NCBI GenBank assembly: GCA_003989085.1
Contig: RXIV01000011.1
Span: 51,588-75,587 of the forward strand
Direction of reading: 5' to 3'
Length of the DNA stretch: 24,000 bases
Source: Candidatus Competibacteraceae bacterium
GTDB taxonomy: Bacteria > Pseudomonadota > Gammaproteobacteria > Competibacterales > Competibacteraceae
Shown here: piece after piece, positions 8,233-15,321 of the stretch
Layout of the letters: the number at the start of each line of letters is the position of its first letter
Position numbering within the stretch: position 1 is the stretch's first letter
Program-made: the position numbers and the translations under genes
Notes under the pieces: model-generated
Databases searched by the model: none
Told to the model about the DNA's origin: nothing
What the model saw: only the letters and a program-made list of their open reading frames with translations

Positions 8233-9201
8233 TCAGGCATAAACAATCCGCCGGCACAGTACACCTGTGGCCTTCTGACTCACTTCAGTCATGACCTGCG
8301 GCAGATCAGTAAAGGGACTTTCCCCGCTAATCAGCGCGTCCAGCGCCGGATCGTCCAGCAATTTCATCACGGTCGCCATGCGTCGTTGATGGTTCCAGCG
8401 ACTGCGTTGCGCCGTCGCAACCTGGCCGACCTGGGAACTGCGGATGCAGAGCCGTTTAGCGTGGAAGTCCTCGCCCAGCAGCAGGCTAACCGGCTGAGTC
8501 CCGAACCAGCTGGCTTCCACCACCATCGCCTCAAACCCGGCCAACCTGAGCGCTGTCGCCAGTCCAGCCGGCGAACCACTGGCATGGATCAGCACATCCT
8601 GCCCGTCTTCCGCCTGTTCTGGCACGGCGAAATGGACGCCCAGATGCGCCGCAAGCAGAGCCTTGTCCGGATCAATATCGATCAGTTGCACCCGGCAACC
8701 CGGCAATTTTCCCGCCAGCCGGGCGATCAGGCTGCCCACCACTCCAGCGCCGATCACGCTAATCCGATCGCCCAAACGTGGCGCGGCATCCCATAGGACA
8801 TTCAGCGCGGTTTCCATATTAGCGGCCAACACGGCCCGACCCGGAGGAACCGATGCTGGAATGGGAGTGATCGCCGTTGCCGGAACGATGTAGCGATCTT
8901 GATGGGGGTAGAGGCAAAAACCGACTTTTCCCTGCAAAGCTGCCGGACCGGCTTCGACGATACCGACATTGCAGTAGCCGTACTTGACTGGCGCAGGAAA
9001 TTCACCCTGCTGGAATGGCGCCCGCATGGCCTGATACTGGCTAGGAGGAACTTCGCCGCGAAACACCCGGCTTTCGGTGCCGCGACTGATGGCGGTGTAC
9101 AGCGTCCGCACCCGGACTTCATCGGGATCGGGCGGCGGGAGTGGTTCAGTGCGAAGCTCACCCCGACCAGGCGCGGTCAACCAGAAGGCCCGCGCTGTCA
9201 T
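8233..9201 (-). CDS. MDR-superfamily (zinc-type alcohol dehydrogenase-like) oxidoreductase lacking catalytic zinc ligands
   Basis: 322 aa. GroES-like N-terminal domain plus Rossmann motif VIGAGVVGSL. The positions normally GxCGTD and GHExxG read AISRGTE and YGYCNVG, reminiscent of the BchC-like MDR subgroup. Confidence 0.8.
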   Translation of the reverse strand: MTARAFWLTAPGRGELRTEPLPPPDPDEVRVRTLYTAISRGTESRVFRGEVPPSQYQAMRAPFQQGEFPAPVKYGYCNVGIVEAGPAALQGKVGFCLYPHQDRYIVPATAITPIPASVPPGRAVLAANMETALNVLWDAAPRLGDRISVIGAGVVGSLIARLAGKLPGCRVQLIDIDPDKALLAAHLGVHFAVPEQAEDGQDVLIHASGSPAGLATALRLAGFEAMVVEASWFGTQPVSLLLGEDFHAKRLCIRSSQVGQVATAQRSRWNHQRRMATVMKLLDDPALDALISGESPFTDLPQVMTEVSQKATGVLCRRIVYA

Positions 9202-9246
9202 GTTGGGAGCACAAATTTGGCAGCGGCAGAACCAGAAGAATCCAAC

Positions 9247-9792
9247 TCAGGATCGCTGCAACGCCGCTTCCACGGCATCGCGCTGAGTCCGCCCGCACAG
9301 CAGTTCGATAAGGGTCAAGCTGAAATCCAGCGCGGTGCCGGGGCCCCGTGACGTGATAAAGGTTCCGTCGCGCACCACCGCCGCGCTGCTCAACTGGATC
9401 TCCGCCCGCCCATCGAGAATGCCCGGATAGGCGGTGGCTTCCCGATCATTCAGCAACCCGGCCTTGGCCAGCACCCGAGGCGCGGCGCAAATGGCGGCGA
9501 CATAGCGGCCCTGTTCGGTCATCCGCCGCAACAACGCCGTAATCCGCCGATCCGCTTCCAGCCGTTCCGCGCCGCCCAGCCCACCGGGCAACACCACCAG
9601 ATCGAAATCCTGATCCAGCACTGCATCGAGTGTGGTTTCTGGCAGCAGCACGACCCCCCGCGAGGCTGTGACCGGCCCGGCCTCCAGTCCGGCGACCACC
9701 ACCGTCACGCCAGCGCGGCGCAGCAGGTCAATGATTGTGACCGCTTCCAGTTCTTCACAGCCCTGAGCAAGGGGGACCAATACGGTAGTCAT
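9247..9792 (-). CDS. DJ-1/PfpI (YajL/ThiJ-like) family protein
   Basis: 181 aa. MTTVLVPLAQGCEELEAV..; nucleophile-elbow Cys in AAICAAP; DLVVLPGG. Strong SD AGGAGAA 7 nt upstream. Starts 18 bp after the ctp stop. Confidence 0.85.
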   Translation of the reverse strand: MTTVLVPLAQGCEELEAVTIIDLLRRAGVTVVVAGLEAGPVTASRGVVLLPETTLDAVLDQDFDLVVLPGGLGGAERLEADRRITALLRRMTEQGRYVAAICAAPRVLAKAGLLNDREATAYPGILDGRAEIQLSSAAVVRDGTFITSRGPGTALDFSLTLIELLCGRTQRDAVEAALQRS

Positions 9793-9810
9793 GACCGGGT
9801 TCTCCTGGGG

Positions 9811-11172
9811 TTATTTCTGGATCGGGGATTGGGCGGATTCCGTCGTCTTGAGCGGTTGCAGCAGCGTCATGCCCTTGAGTAGGTTCAAGGCCTCATACAG
9901 TTGATAATCGCTGTGGGCCAGATCGCTATCGGGCGCTTTGGCGTCTACTGCGCCTGGCGCATCCTCAGCGGCTTTGTCTGATTTGTCGTTGCGCAGATGG
10001 CCGGTCAGATCGGCTTCCTTGATGGCATCGGTGTCGGCGCCATTATCAGCAGCCACTTTCATCGGCTTGAGCTGGATGTCAGGAACGATGCCTTCCGCCT
10101 GAATCGAACGGCCATTCGGCGTGTAGTAGCGGGCGGTGGTCAGTTTGACCGCCGTACCGTTGCCCAACGGCAGAATGCTCTGCACCGAGCCTTTGCCGAA
10201 GGTGCGCTCGCCAACGATCAGCGAGCGCCGGTGATCCTGCAAAGCGCCGGCGACAATTTCCGAGGCCGAGGCAGATCCGCCATTGACCAGAGTGACGATA
10301 GGCGCTGCCTTAAGCAGATCGCCCGGGGTGGCCTTGTAGCTCTGATCGGAGCCATTGCCGCGCCCTTTGGTCTGGACGATCACGCCGTCATCGAGGAAGT
10401 CGTCGACCACATCGACTGCGCCATTGAGCACCCCACCCGGGTTGTTGCGTAAATCCAGCACCAGTCCACGCAATGGGGCCTTGTTTTGCTGCTCCAGCTC
10501 CTGAATCGCCTGCTCCAGATTCTGGGCGGTCCTGGCCTGAAACTGGGTGATCCGCAAATAGCCGAAACCAGGCTCCAGCAAGCGGCTCTTGACGCTCTTG
10601 ACTTGGATCACTTCACGAATCAGCTTGATTTTGAGCGGCTTTCTGGCCCCTTCCCGGATAATGGTCAGGGTAATGGCCGTGTTGGGCTTGCCGCGCATTT
10701 TCTGGATCGCGTCAGCCAGCGCCATGCCTTTCACCGACACATCATCCAGCCGGATAATCAAATCGCCGGCGCGAATCCCGGCGCGTTGGGCTGGGGTATC
10801 GTCAATCGGGGCGATAACCTTGAGAAAGCCGTCTTCCTGCCCGACTTCGATACCCAGCCCGCCAAATTCCCCGGTGGTGCCGATTTGCAAATCCTGGAAC
10901 GCTTCGGCGTCCAGATAGGCAGAATGCGGATCAAGATTACTTAACAGGCCGCGAATGGCGTTTTCCAGCAGATCCTTGTCCTTGACTGGCTCGACATAAT
11001 CCTGCTTGACGGCATCGAGTACGCCAGTAAAGGTGCGCAATTCGTCCAGTGGCAGTTGATTGTCCGGCGGGGGTTCTTTCCCGGCGGCGGCCTGCGCCGG
11101 GCTTAGCGCTATGCCCGCCAGCAAGCTCAACGCCAGCGCCAGGCCGTGGCGGGTGGCAGTACGGATGTTCAA
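9811..11172 (-). CDS. ctpA: Carboxy-terminal processing protease (S41 family)
   Basis: PDZ region plus S41 catalytic core (GGSASASE, ..TFGKGSVQ). Track ORF trimmed to TTG 11172 (GAGGGA SD 7 nt upstream). This gives LNIRTATRHGLALALSLLAGIALSPAQA, a signal peptide, and a typical length of about 453 aa. The 74 upstream codons look non-coding and overlap the gpmA 3' end. Confidence 0.85.
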   Translation of the reverse strand: MNIRTATRHGLALALSLLAGIALSPAQAAAGKEPPPDNQLPLDELRTFTGVLDAVKQDYVEPVKDKDLLENAIRGLLSNLDPHSAYLDAEAFQDLQIGTTGEFGGLGIEVGQEDGFLKVIAPIDDTPAQRAGIRAGDLIIRLDDVSVKGMALADAIQKMRGKPNTAITLTIIREGARKPLKIKLIREVIQVKSVKSRLLEPGFGYLRITQFQARTAQNLEQAIQELEQQNKAPLRGLVLDLRNNPGGVLNGAVDVVDDFLDDGVIVQTKGRGNGSDQSYKATPGDLLKAAPIVTLVNGGSASASEIVAGALQDHRRSLIVGERTFGKGSVQSILPLGNGTAVKLTTARYYTPNGRSIQAEGIVPDIQLKPMKVAADNGADTDAIKEADLTGHLRNDKSDKAAEDAPGAVDAKAPDSDLAHSDYQLYEALNLLKGMTLLQPLKTTESAQSPIQK

Positions 11173-11311
11173 TGCGGAGTCCCTCAAAAGTAATGACCAA
11201 TTACAGCGGATAAAACCGGGCAGGCCGGCGACGATGGAATAAGACCACCGGTAGAACCCGGAAATTGCGGGGCCGGGATTTAATTTTAGGCGGGAAGTGA
11301 TGGCGAGAGCG

Positions 11312-11346
11312 CCCTGGTGTTCAATCCAAAGAATTAAACACCAGGG
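11312..11346 (-). terminator. Hairpin just downstream of gpmA (possible terminator or attenuator)
   Basis: CCCTGGTGTT (11312-11321) pairs perfectly with AACACCAGGG (11337-11346) around a 15-nt loop, 23 bp past the gpmA stop. No U-tract follows on the minus strand, so function is uncertain. Confidence 0.3.
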
Positions 11347-11368
11347 ATGAGGGGCAGCGAAATAACCG

Positions 11369-12121
11369 TTACTTGGCCTTGCCCTGGTTGGCAACCGCTT
11401 CCATCAGTTTCTTTAATTCTTCGGGGTCGGCGATGTAGCTGCCGCCCTTCTTGATCGGGCGCAGGTTGGCGTCGAGTTCATAGACCAGCGGCACTGCGGT
11501 CGGGATGTTCAGGGCGATGATCTCCTCGTCGGACAGATCATCGAGATACTTGACCAACGCCCGCAGACTGTTGCCATGCGCAGCGATCAACACCCGCTTG
11601 CCGGAGCGAATCGCCGGAACGATGGTGTCGTGCCAGAACGGCAACACCCGGTCAATGGTGGTCTTGAGGCTTTCAGTCGCCGGCAGCACCCGGGCGTCAA
11701 GGCCAGCGTAGCGCGGATCAAAGGCCGGATGACGCGGATCGTTCAGTTCGAGCGGCGGCGGCGGAATGTCAAAGCTGCGCCGCCAGATCTTGACCTGGTC
11801 CTCACCGTGCTTGGCGGCGGTTTCGGACTTGTTCAGCCCGGCCAGCGCCCCGTAATGCCGCTCGTTCAGCCGCCAGCTTCGTTGCACCGGAATCCAGGCC
11901 AGATCCATTTCATCCAGCACCGTCCACAGGGTATGAATGGCGCGCTTCAGTACTGAGGTAAAGGCGACATCGAAACCATAGCCTTCCTTTTTCAACGCCT
12001 GTCCACCCTTGCGGGCTTCTTCACGGCCTTTGTCGGACAGGTCTACATCGACCCAGCCGGTGAAACGGTTTTCCATGTTCCATTGGCTTTCGCCGTGACG
12101 GATCAGCACGATCTTGTACAT
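11369..12121 (-). CDS. gpmA: 2,3-bisphosphoglycerate-dependent phosphoglycerate mutase
   Basis: 250 aa. [29 protein letters not shown] (RHG phosphohistidine motif), ..ERHYGAL.., ..[12 protein letters not shown].. These are hallmarks of dPGM. Confidence 0.95.
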   Translation of the reverse strand: MYKIVLIRHGESQWNMENRFTGWVDVDLSDKGREEARKGGQALKKEGYGFDVAFTSVLKRAIHTLWTVLDEMDLAWIPVQRSWRLNERHYGALAGLNKSETAAKHGEDQVKIWRRSFDIPPPPLELNDPRHPAFDPRYAGLDARVLPATESLKTTIDRVLPFWHDTIVPAIRSGKRVLIAAHGNSLRALVKYLDDLSDEEIIALNIPTAVPLVYELDANLRPIKKGGSYIADPEELKKLMEAVANQGKAK

Positions 12122-12233
12122 TATCGATGGCTCCTTGGTTCAGGGGTTCGGGGATTGCTAAAATGGCGGCAACATCCGGAGATTGGCAAAAATTAAACTG
12201 TTTGATCATACCCCTGGCCTGCTGGTTTCGCCA

Positions 12234-12264
12234 GTTGCGCCCTGTTGCGCACGATCCGCGCAAC
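12234..12264. promoter_or_regulatory. GTTGCGC repeat set, candidate operator in the gpmA / ArsR-regulator divergent region
   Basis: GTTGCGC at 12234-12240 and 12244-12250 (direct repeats), and GCGCAAC at 12258-12264 (inverted). Copies 2 and 3 form GTTGCGC-N7-GCGCAAC, about 93 bp upstream of the regulator ATG. Confidence 0.3.
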
Positions 12265-12356
12265 TTCTCAATGACACACCATTCCGCTATGCTGATTCAC
12301 GCTAATTCCCGGAGACCGGGTTTATTCAAGGCAAGGTGCGTAATGAGAGTGCGAGC

Positions 12357-12689
12357 ATGATGCTGATGAGCGCCAGCCATCCCCCAATGGATGCGCTGAT
12401 GCATCACGATGAGGAAATCGAACGGGCTTCCCGGGCGCTCAAAGCGATGTCGCACCCGTTGCGGCTCAAAATCCTCTGTACGCTGGGGGATCAGGAAAGC
12501 AGTGTTCAGGATATTGTTGATCAGGTGGGCACCTCACAGAGCAATATCTCCCAGCACCTGGCTATTTTGCGCGACAAGGGGATTTTGACCTGTCGCAAGG
12601 ACGCCAACCGGGTCTATTACCGGGTAGGCGATGCAGGCACACTGTGTCTGATTGGCATGATGCGGGATGTGTTTTGCAAACAGACCTGA
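12357..12689 (+). CDS. ArsR/SmtB-family transcriptional repressor, SqrR/BigR/YgaV-like (candidate persulfide/thiol switch)
   Basis: Winged-HTH core HPLRLKILCTL..SVQDIVDQVGTSQSNISQHLAILRDKGIL..RVYYRV. Start uncertain: GTG 12336 (track) or ATG 12357 (GAGAG upstream). Counted from ATG 12357 the flanking cysteines are Cys41 and Cys107, 66 residues apart, the spacing I recall for SqrR and BigR. Confidence 0.8.
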   Translation: MMLMSASHPPMDALMHHDEEIERASRALKAMSHPLRLKILCTLGDQESSVQDIVDQVGTSQSNISQHLAILRDKGILTCRKDANRVYYRVGDAGTLCLIGMMRDVFCKQT

Positions 12690-12743
12690 CGGACCACGGC
12701 CTGGCGATCAGCCCGCTCCAACCTTAATATCGAGATTAATCTA

Positions 12744-12980
12744 ATGAACAGCGAACGGATTATCCGGATCATGGCCGGATCTTTCATCCTGATTTCCCTG
12801 CTGCTCGGCGCACCGGCCAGCCCGCTTTACCACAGCAGTTACTGGCTATGGTTCACCGTCTTTGTCGGTTTCAACCTGTTCCAGAGCGGCTTGACCCGGT
12901 TCTGTCCGGCAGAGCTGATCCTGTGGAAGCTGGGCGTCTCGAAAGCCGGTGACCAAACCACTGGCTGCCCTCTGAAGTAG
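12744..12980 (+). CDS. DUF2892 (YgaP C-terminal-like) small membrane protein
   Basis: 78 aa with two hydrophobic helices and the conserved FCP motif (GLTRFCPAELIL) typical of DUF2892. Confidence 0.75.
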   Translation: MNSERIIRIMAGSFILISLLLGAPASPLYHSSYWLWFTVFVGFNLFQSGLTRFCPAELILWKLGVSKAGDQTTGCPLK

Positions 12981-12998
12981 CCTTCGCCAAGGACTGTC

Positions 12999-13430
12999 AT
13001 GAGCGATTTTGCCGAATTTGCCGTCCATAACTGGTTATTGTTTGTAGCGCTGTTCGCCATTCTGGGGATGCTGGCCGGCAACGAGATTCTGCGCAAAATG
13101 CGCGGGATCCACACCCTCAACGCGGTCGAGGCATTGCGGTTAATCAACGATCAGGATGCCTGGATCATTGATATCCGCGATGGCGGCGACTACAAGGACG
13201 GTCATATCCCACAGGCCCGGCACATCCCATTCGCCGCGCTCAAGGATCGGCTGGACGAGCTGGGCAAGGCCGCTGGCAAACCGATCATCGTCTATTGCCG
13301 CACTGGCTCAACTTCGCAATCGGCCTGCGCCCTGCTCCAGAAAGGCGGCATCGCCAATGTTTACAGTCTCAGCGGCGGCTTGCCCGCCTGGCAGGACGCC
13401 CATCTGCCAATCAGTCGCAAGAAAGCCTGA
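12999..13430 (+). CDS. Membrane-anchored single-domain rhodanese (YibN-like sulfurtransferase)
   Basis: 143 aa. N-terminal TM helix (NWLLFVALFAILGMLAG), rhodanese fold with active-site loop VYCRTGSTS, C-terminal GGLPAW. AAGGA SD. Same position relative to grxC-secB-gpsA as yibN in E. coli. Confidence 0.85.
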   Translation: MSDFAEFAVHNWLLFVALFAILGMLAGNEILRKMRGIHTLNAVEALRLINDQDAWIIDIRDGGDYKDGHIPQARHIPFAALKDRLDELGKAAGKPIIVYCRTGSTSQSACALLQKGGIANVYSLSGGLPAWQDAHLPISRKKA

Positions 13431-13455
13431 ACCGTCCACCAGATTGGCCCCTGTC

Positions 13456-13710
13456 ATGCCCAACATCGTCATCTACTCCGCCGACTATTGCCCCTACTGC
13501 CGGCAAGCACGGGCGTTGCTGGATCGCAAGGGCGTGAGCTATACGGTGCTGGATGTCAACCGCGATCCGCAGTTGTGGCGCGAAATGACCGCACGCACCC
13601 AGCGCGATACCGTACCGCAGATTTTCATTGGTGACCGGCATATCGGTGGTTGCGACGATCTGTTCGCGTTGGATCGGCGCGGCGGACTGGACCCGCTGCT
13701 GAGCGATTGA
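13456..13710 (+). CDS. grxC: Glutaredoxin 3
   Basis: Track ORF 13156-13710 trimmed to ATG 13456, because the upstream part overlaps the rhodanese gene in another frame. 84 aa: MPNIVIYSADYCPYCRQARALL (CPYC), TVPQIFIG..HIGGCDDL. Confidence 0.9.
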   Translation: MPNIVIYSADYCPYCRQARALLDRKGVSYTVLDVNRDPQLWREMTARTQRDTVPQIFIGDRHIGGCDDLFALDRRGGLDPLLSD

Positions 13711-13779
13711 ACTGGCCCCGCCCCTTGCGGCAGGCATTTCCCGGATTTCCCTTCCTCAACCTTAACCAAGGCATTCCGC

Positions 13780-14247
13780 ATGAGCGAACAACCACAGGCT
13801 CCCCAGCAGCACTTCGATATCCAGAAAGTCTATCTCAAGGATGTGTCGCTGGAGACCCCTAATTCTCCGACGATTTTTACCGAGCAATGGCAACCGGAAA
13901 CCGAAGTGCGGCTGGAAACCAACGCCACACCGCTGACCGAAGATTTGTTTGAAGTCGTGCTGACCGTGACCGTCACCGCCAAGCTAGGCGATCGCACCGC
14001 CTATTTGGCCGAGGTGCAGCAGGGTGGCCTGTTCACCCTGCGCGGCTTTGACGATCCACAGATGGGTCACATGCTGCACGCTTTCTGTCCCAATATCTTG
14101 TTCCCTTTCGCTCGCGAAGAACTGGGTTCGCTGATTGGCAAGGGCGGCTTCCCGGCACTGCTGCTCAACCCGATCAATTTCGACGGCCTGTATATGCAGC
14201 GCTTGCAACAACAGCAAGCGCCAATGGTGCCGGACGTATCCCACTAG
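13780..14247 (+). CDS. secB: Protein-export chaperone SecB
   Basis: 155 aa. FDIQKVYLKDVSLETPNSP, ..EVQQGGLFTLRGF.., ..CPNILFPFAREEL.. are typical SecB. Conserved grxC-secB-gpsA order. Confidence 0.92.
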   Translation: MSEQPQAPQQHFDIQKVYLKDVSLETPNSPTIFTEQWQPETEVRLETNATPLTEDLFEVVLTVTVTAKLGDRTAYLAEVQQGGLFTLRGFDDPQMGHMLHAFCPNILFPFAREELGSLIGKGGFPALLLNPINFDGLYMQRLQQQQAPMVPDVSH

Positions 14248-14260
14248 AGCCGGGCTTGGC

Positions 14261-15262
14261 ATGAACACGACCGTCACGGTGCTTGGCGTTGGGTCTTGGG
14301 GGACGGCGCTGGCGCTGCTACTGGCCCGCAACGGTCACACGGTGCGGTTGTGGGGCCATGATCCTGATGAACTTGCGCTGCTGGGCCAGTACCGGGAAAA
14401 CCGCCGCTATCTGCCGGGAATTCCATTTCCCGACTCGCTGACGATCGGCGTCGATCTAGCAGCGGCGCTGGTCGGCGTCGATCTGGCGCTGGCTGTCGTC
14501 CCCAGCCACGCCTACCGGGCGACGCTGGAGCGGATGCGCCCGCACCTGCCAGCCACTGCCGGGCTGGCTTGGGCGACCAAGGGCCTGGAACCGGGCAGCG
14601 GCCTGTTTCTGCACGAAGTCACCGCGCAAGCATTGGGCAGAGAGTGGCCGGCGGCAGTCATCTCCGGCCCCAGCTTTGCCGGCGAGGTAGCACAGGGTCT
14701 GCCGACGGCCGTCACTGTCGCTGCTCGCGAAGTCGATCACGCCCGCCGCGTGGCGACGGTGCTGCACGGCTCTAATCTGCGAGCCTACACCAGTACGGAT
14801 GTGATTGGCGTCGAACTGGGCGGGGCGATCAAGAACGTGCTGGCGATCGCCGCCGGAATTGCGGACGGACTGGGGTTCGGGGCCAACACCCGTGCGGCGC
14901 TGATCACCCGTGGTCTGGCGGAAATGGTGCGGCTGGGGCTAGCGGTAGGCGGCCAGCGCGAGACCTTTATGGGCCTAGCCGGGGTCGGCGATCTGGTGCT
15001 GACCTGCACCGATGATCAATCCCGCAACCGGCGCTTTGGGCTGGCTGTTGGTCGGGGCGAAACAGTCGAGGCGGCGCTGGCGGCAATTGGACAGGTGGTC
15101 GAAGGCGCGGTGACAGCGCGGGAAGCCTTGTTGTTGGCCCGCCGGCTGCGGGTGGAAATGCCGATTACCGAACAGGTGGATCGGGTGCTGCATCACGGCC
15201 AGAATCCTCGCCGGGCGGTGGAAATTTTACTGGCGCGGGATTTGAAGCCGGAAATCCTGTAG
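14261..15262 (+). CDS. gpsA: NAD(P)H-dependent glycerol-3-phosphate dehydrogenase
   Basis: Track ORF trimmed to ATG 14261, giving MNTTVTVLGVGSWGTALALLLARNGH (Rossmann GxGxxG). Further motifs: ..ISGPSFA.EV.., ..GGAIKNVLAIAAGI.., ..DLVLTCTDDQSRNRRFG. 333 aa. Confidence 0.93.
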   Translation: MNTTVTVLGVGSWGTALALLLARNGHTVRLWGHDPDELALLGQYRENRRYLPGIPFPDSLTIGVDLAAALVGVDLALAVVPSHAYRATLERMRPHLPATAGLAWATKGLEPGSGLFLHEVTAQALGREWPAAVISGPSFAGEVAQGLPTAVTVAAREVDHARRVATVLHGSNLRAYTSTDVIGVELGGAIKNVLAIAAGIADGLGFGANTRAALITRGLAEMVRLGLAVGGQRETFMGLAGVGDLVLTCTDDQSRNRRFGLAVGRGETVEAALAAIGQVVEGAVTAREALLLARRLRVEMPITEQVDRVLHHGQNPRRAVEILLARDLKPEIL

Positions 15263-15321
15263 TCGCCAGACGATAGGCCAGAACCGCAATCCTAGTCAGG
15301 CTTTGGCGCTATAAAGATCGT

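Noticed and set aside
2131-9201. High G+C of the pterin/DUF3047 region as evidence for a horizontally acquired island
   Set aside because: Hand counts of single 60-nt lines gave 44/60 G+C at 7441-7500 and 29/60 at 20521-20580. However, the core gene gpmA (11701-11760) is also 41/60. The heterogeneity is therefore not specific to the cluster. No integrase, tRNA or flanking repeats were seen. A proper sliding-window GC and codon-usage analysis is required.
11173-11394. 74-codon extension of the ctp ORF, and the idea that the 196-bp gap is a decayed envC gene
   Set aside because: The extension overlaps the gpmA 3' end and precedes the signal peptide, so it is implausible. I could see no residual M23/coiled-coil-like coding signal in any frame of the gap by eye. 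A translated search would be needed to say more.
13156-13455. Long 184-aa version of the glutaredoxin ORF
   Set aside because: The first 100 codons overlap the rhodanese gene in another frame and are Arg/Ser/Pro-rich. ATG 13456 gives a standard 84-aa Grx3.
13735-13750. Direct repeat ATTTCCC x2 (13735-13741, 13744-13750) upstream of secB
   Set aside because: Too short and with no recognisable partner motif. Likely chance or part of the secB promoter/SD region.
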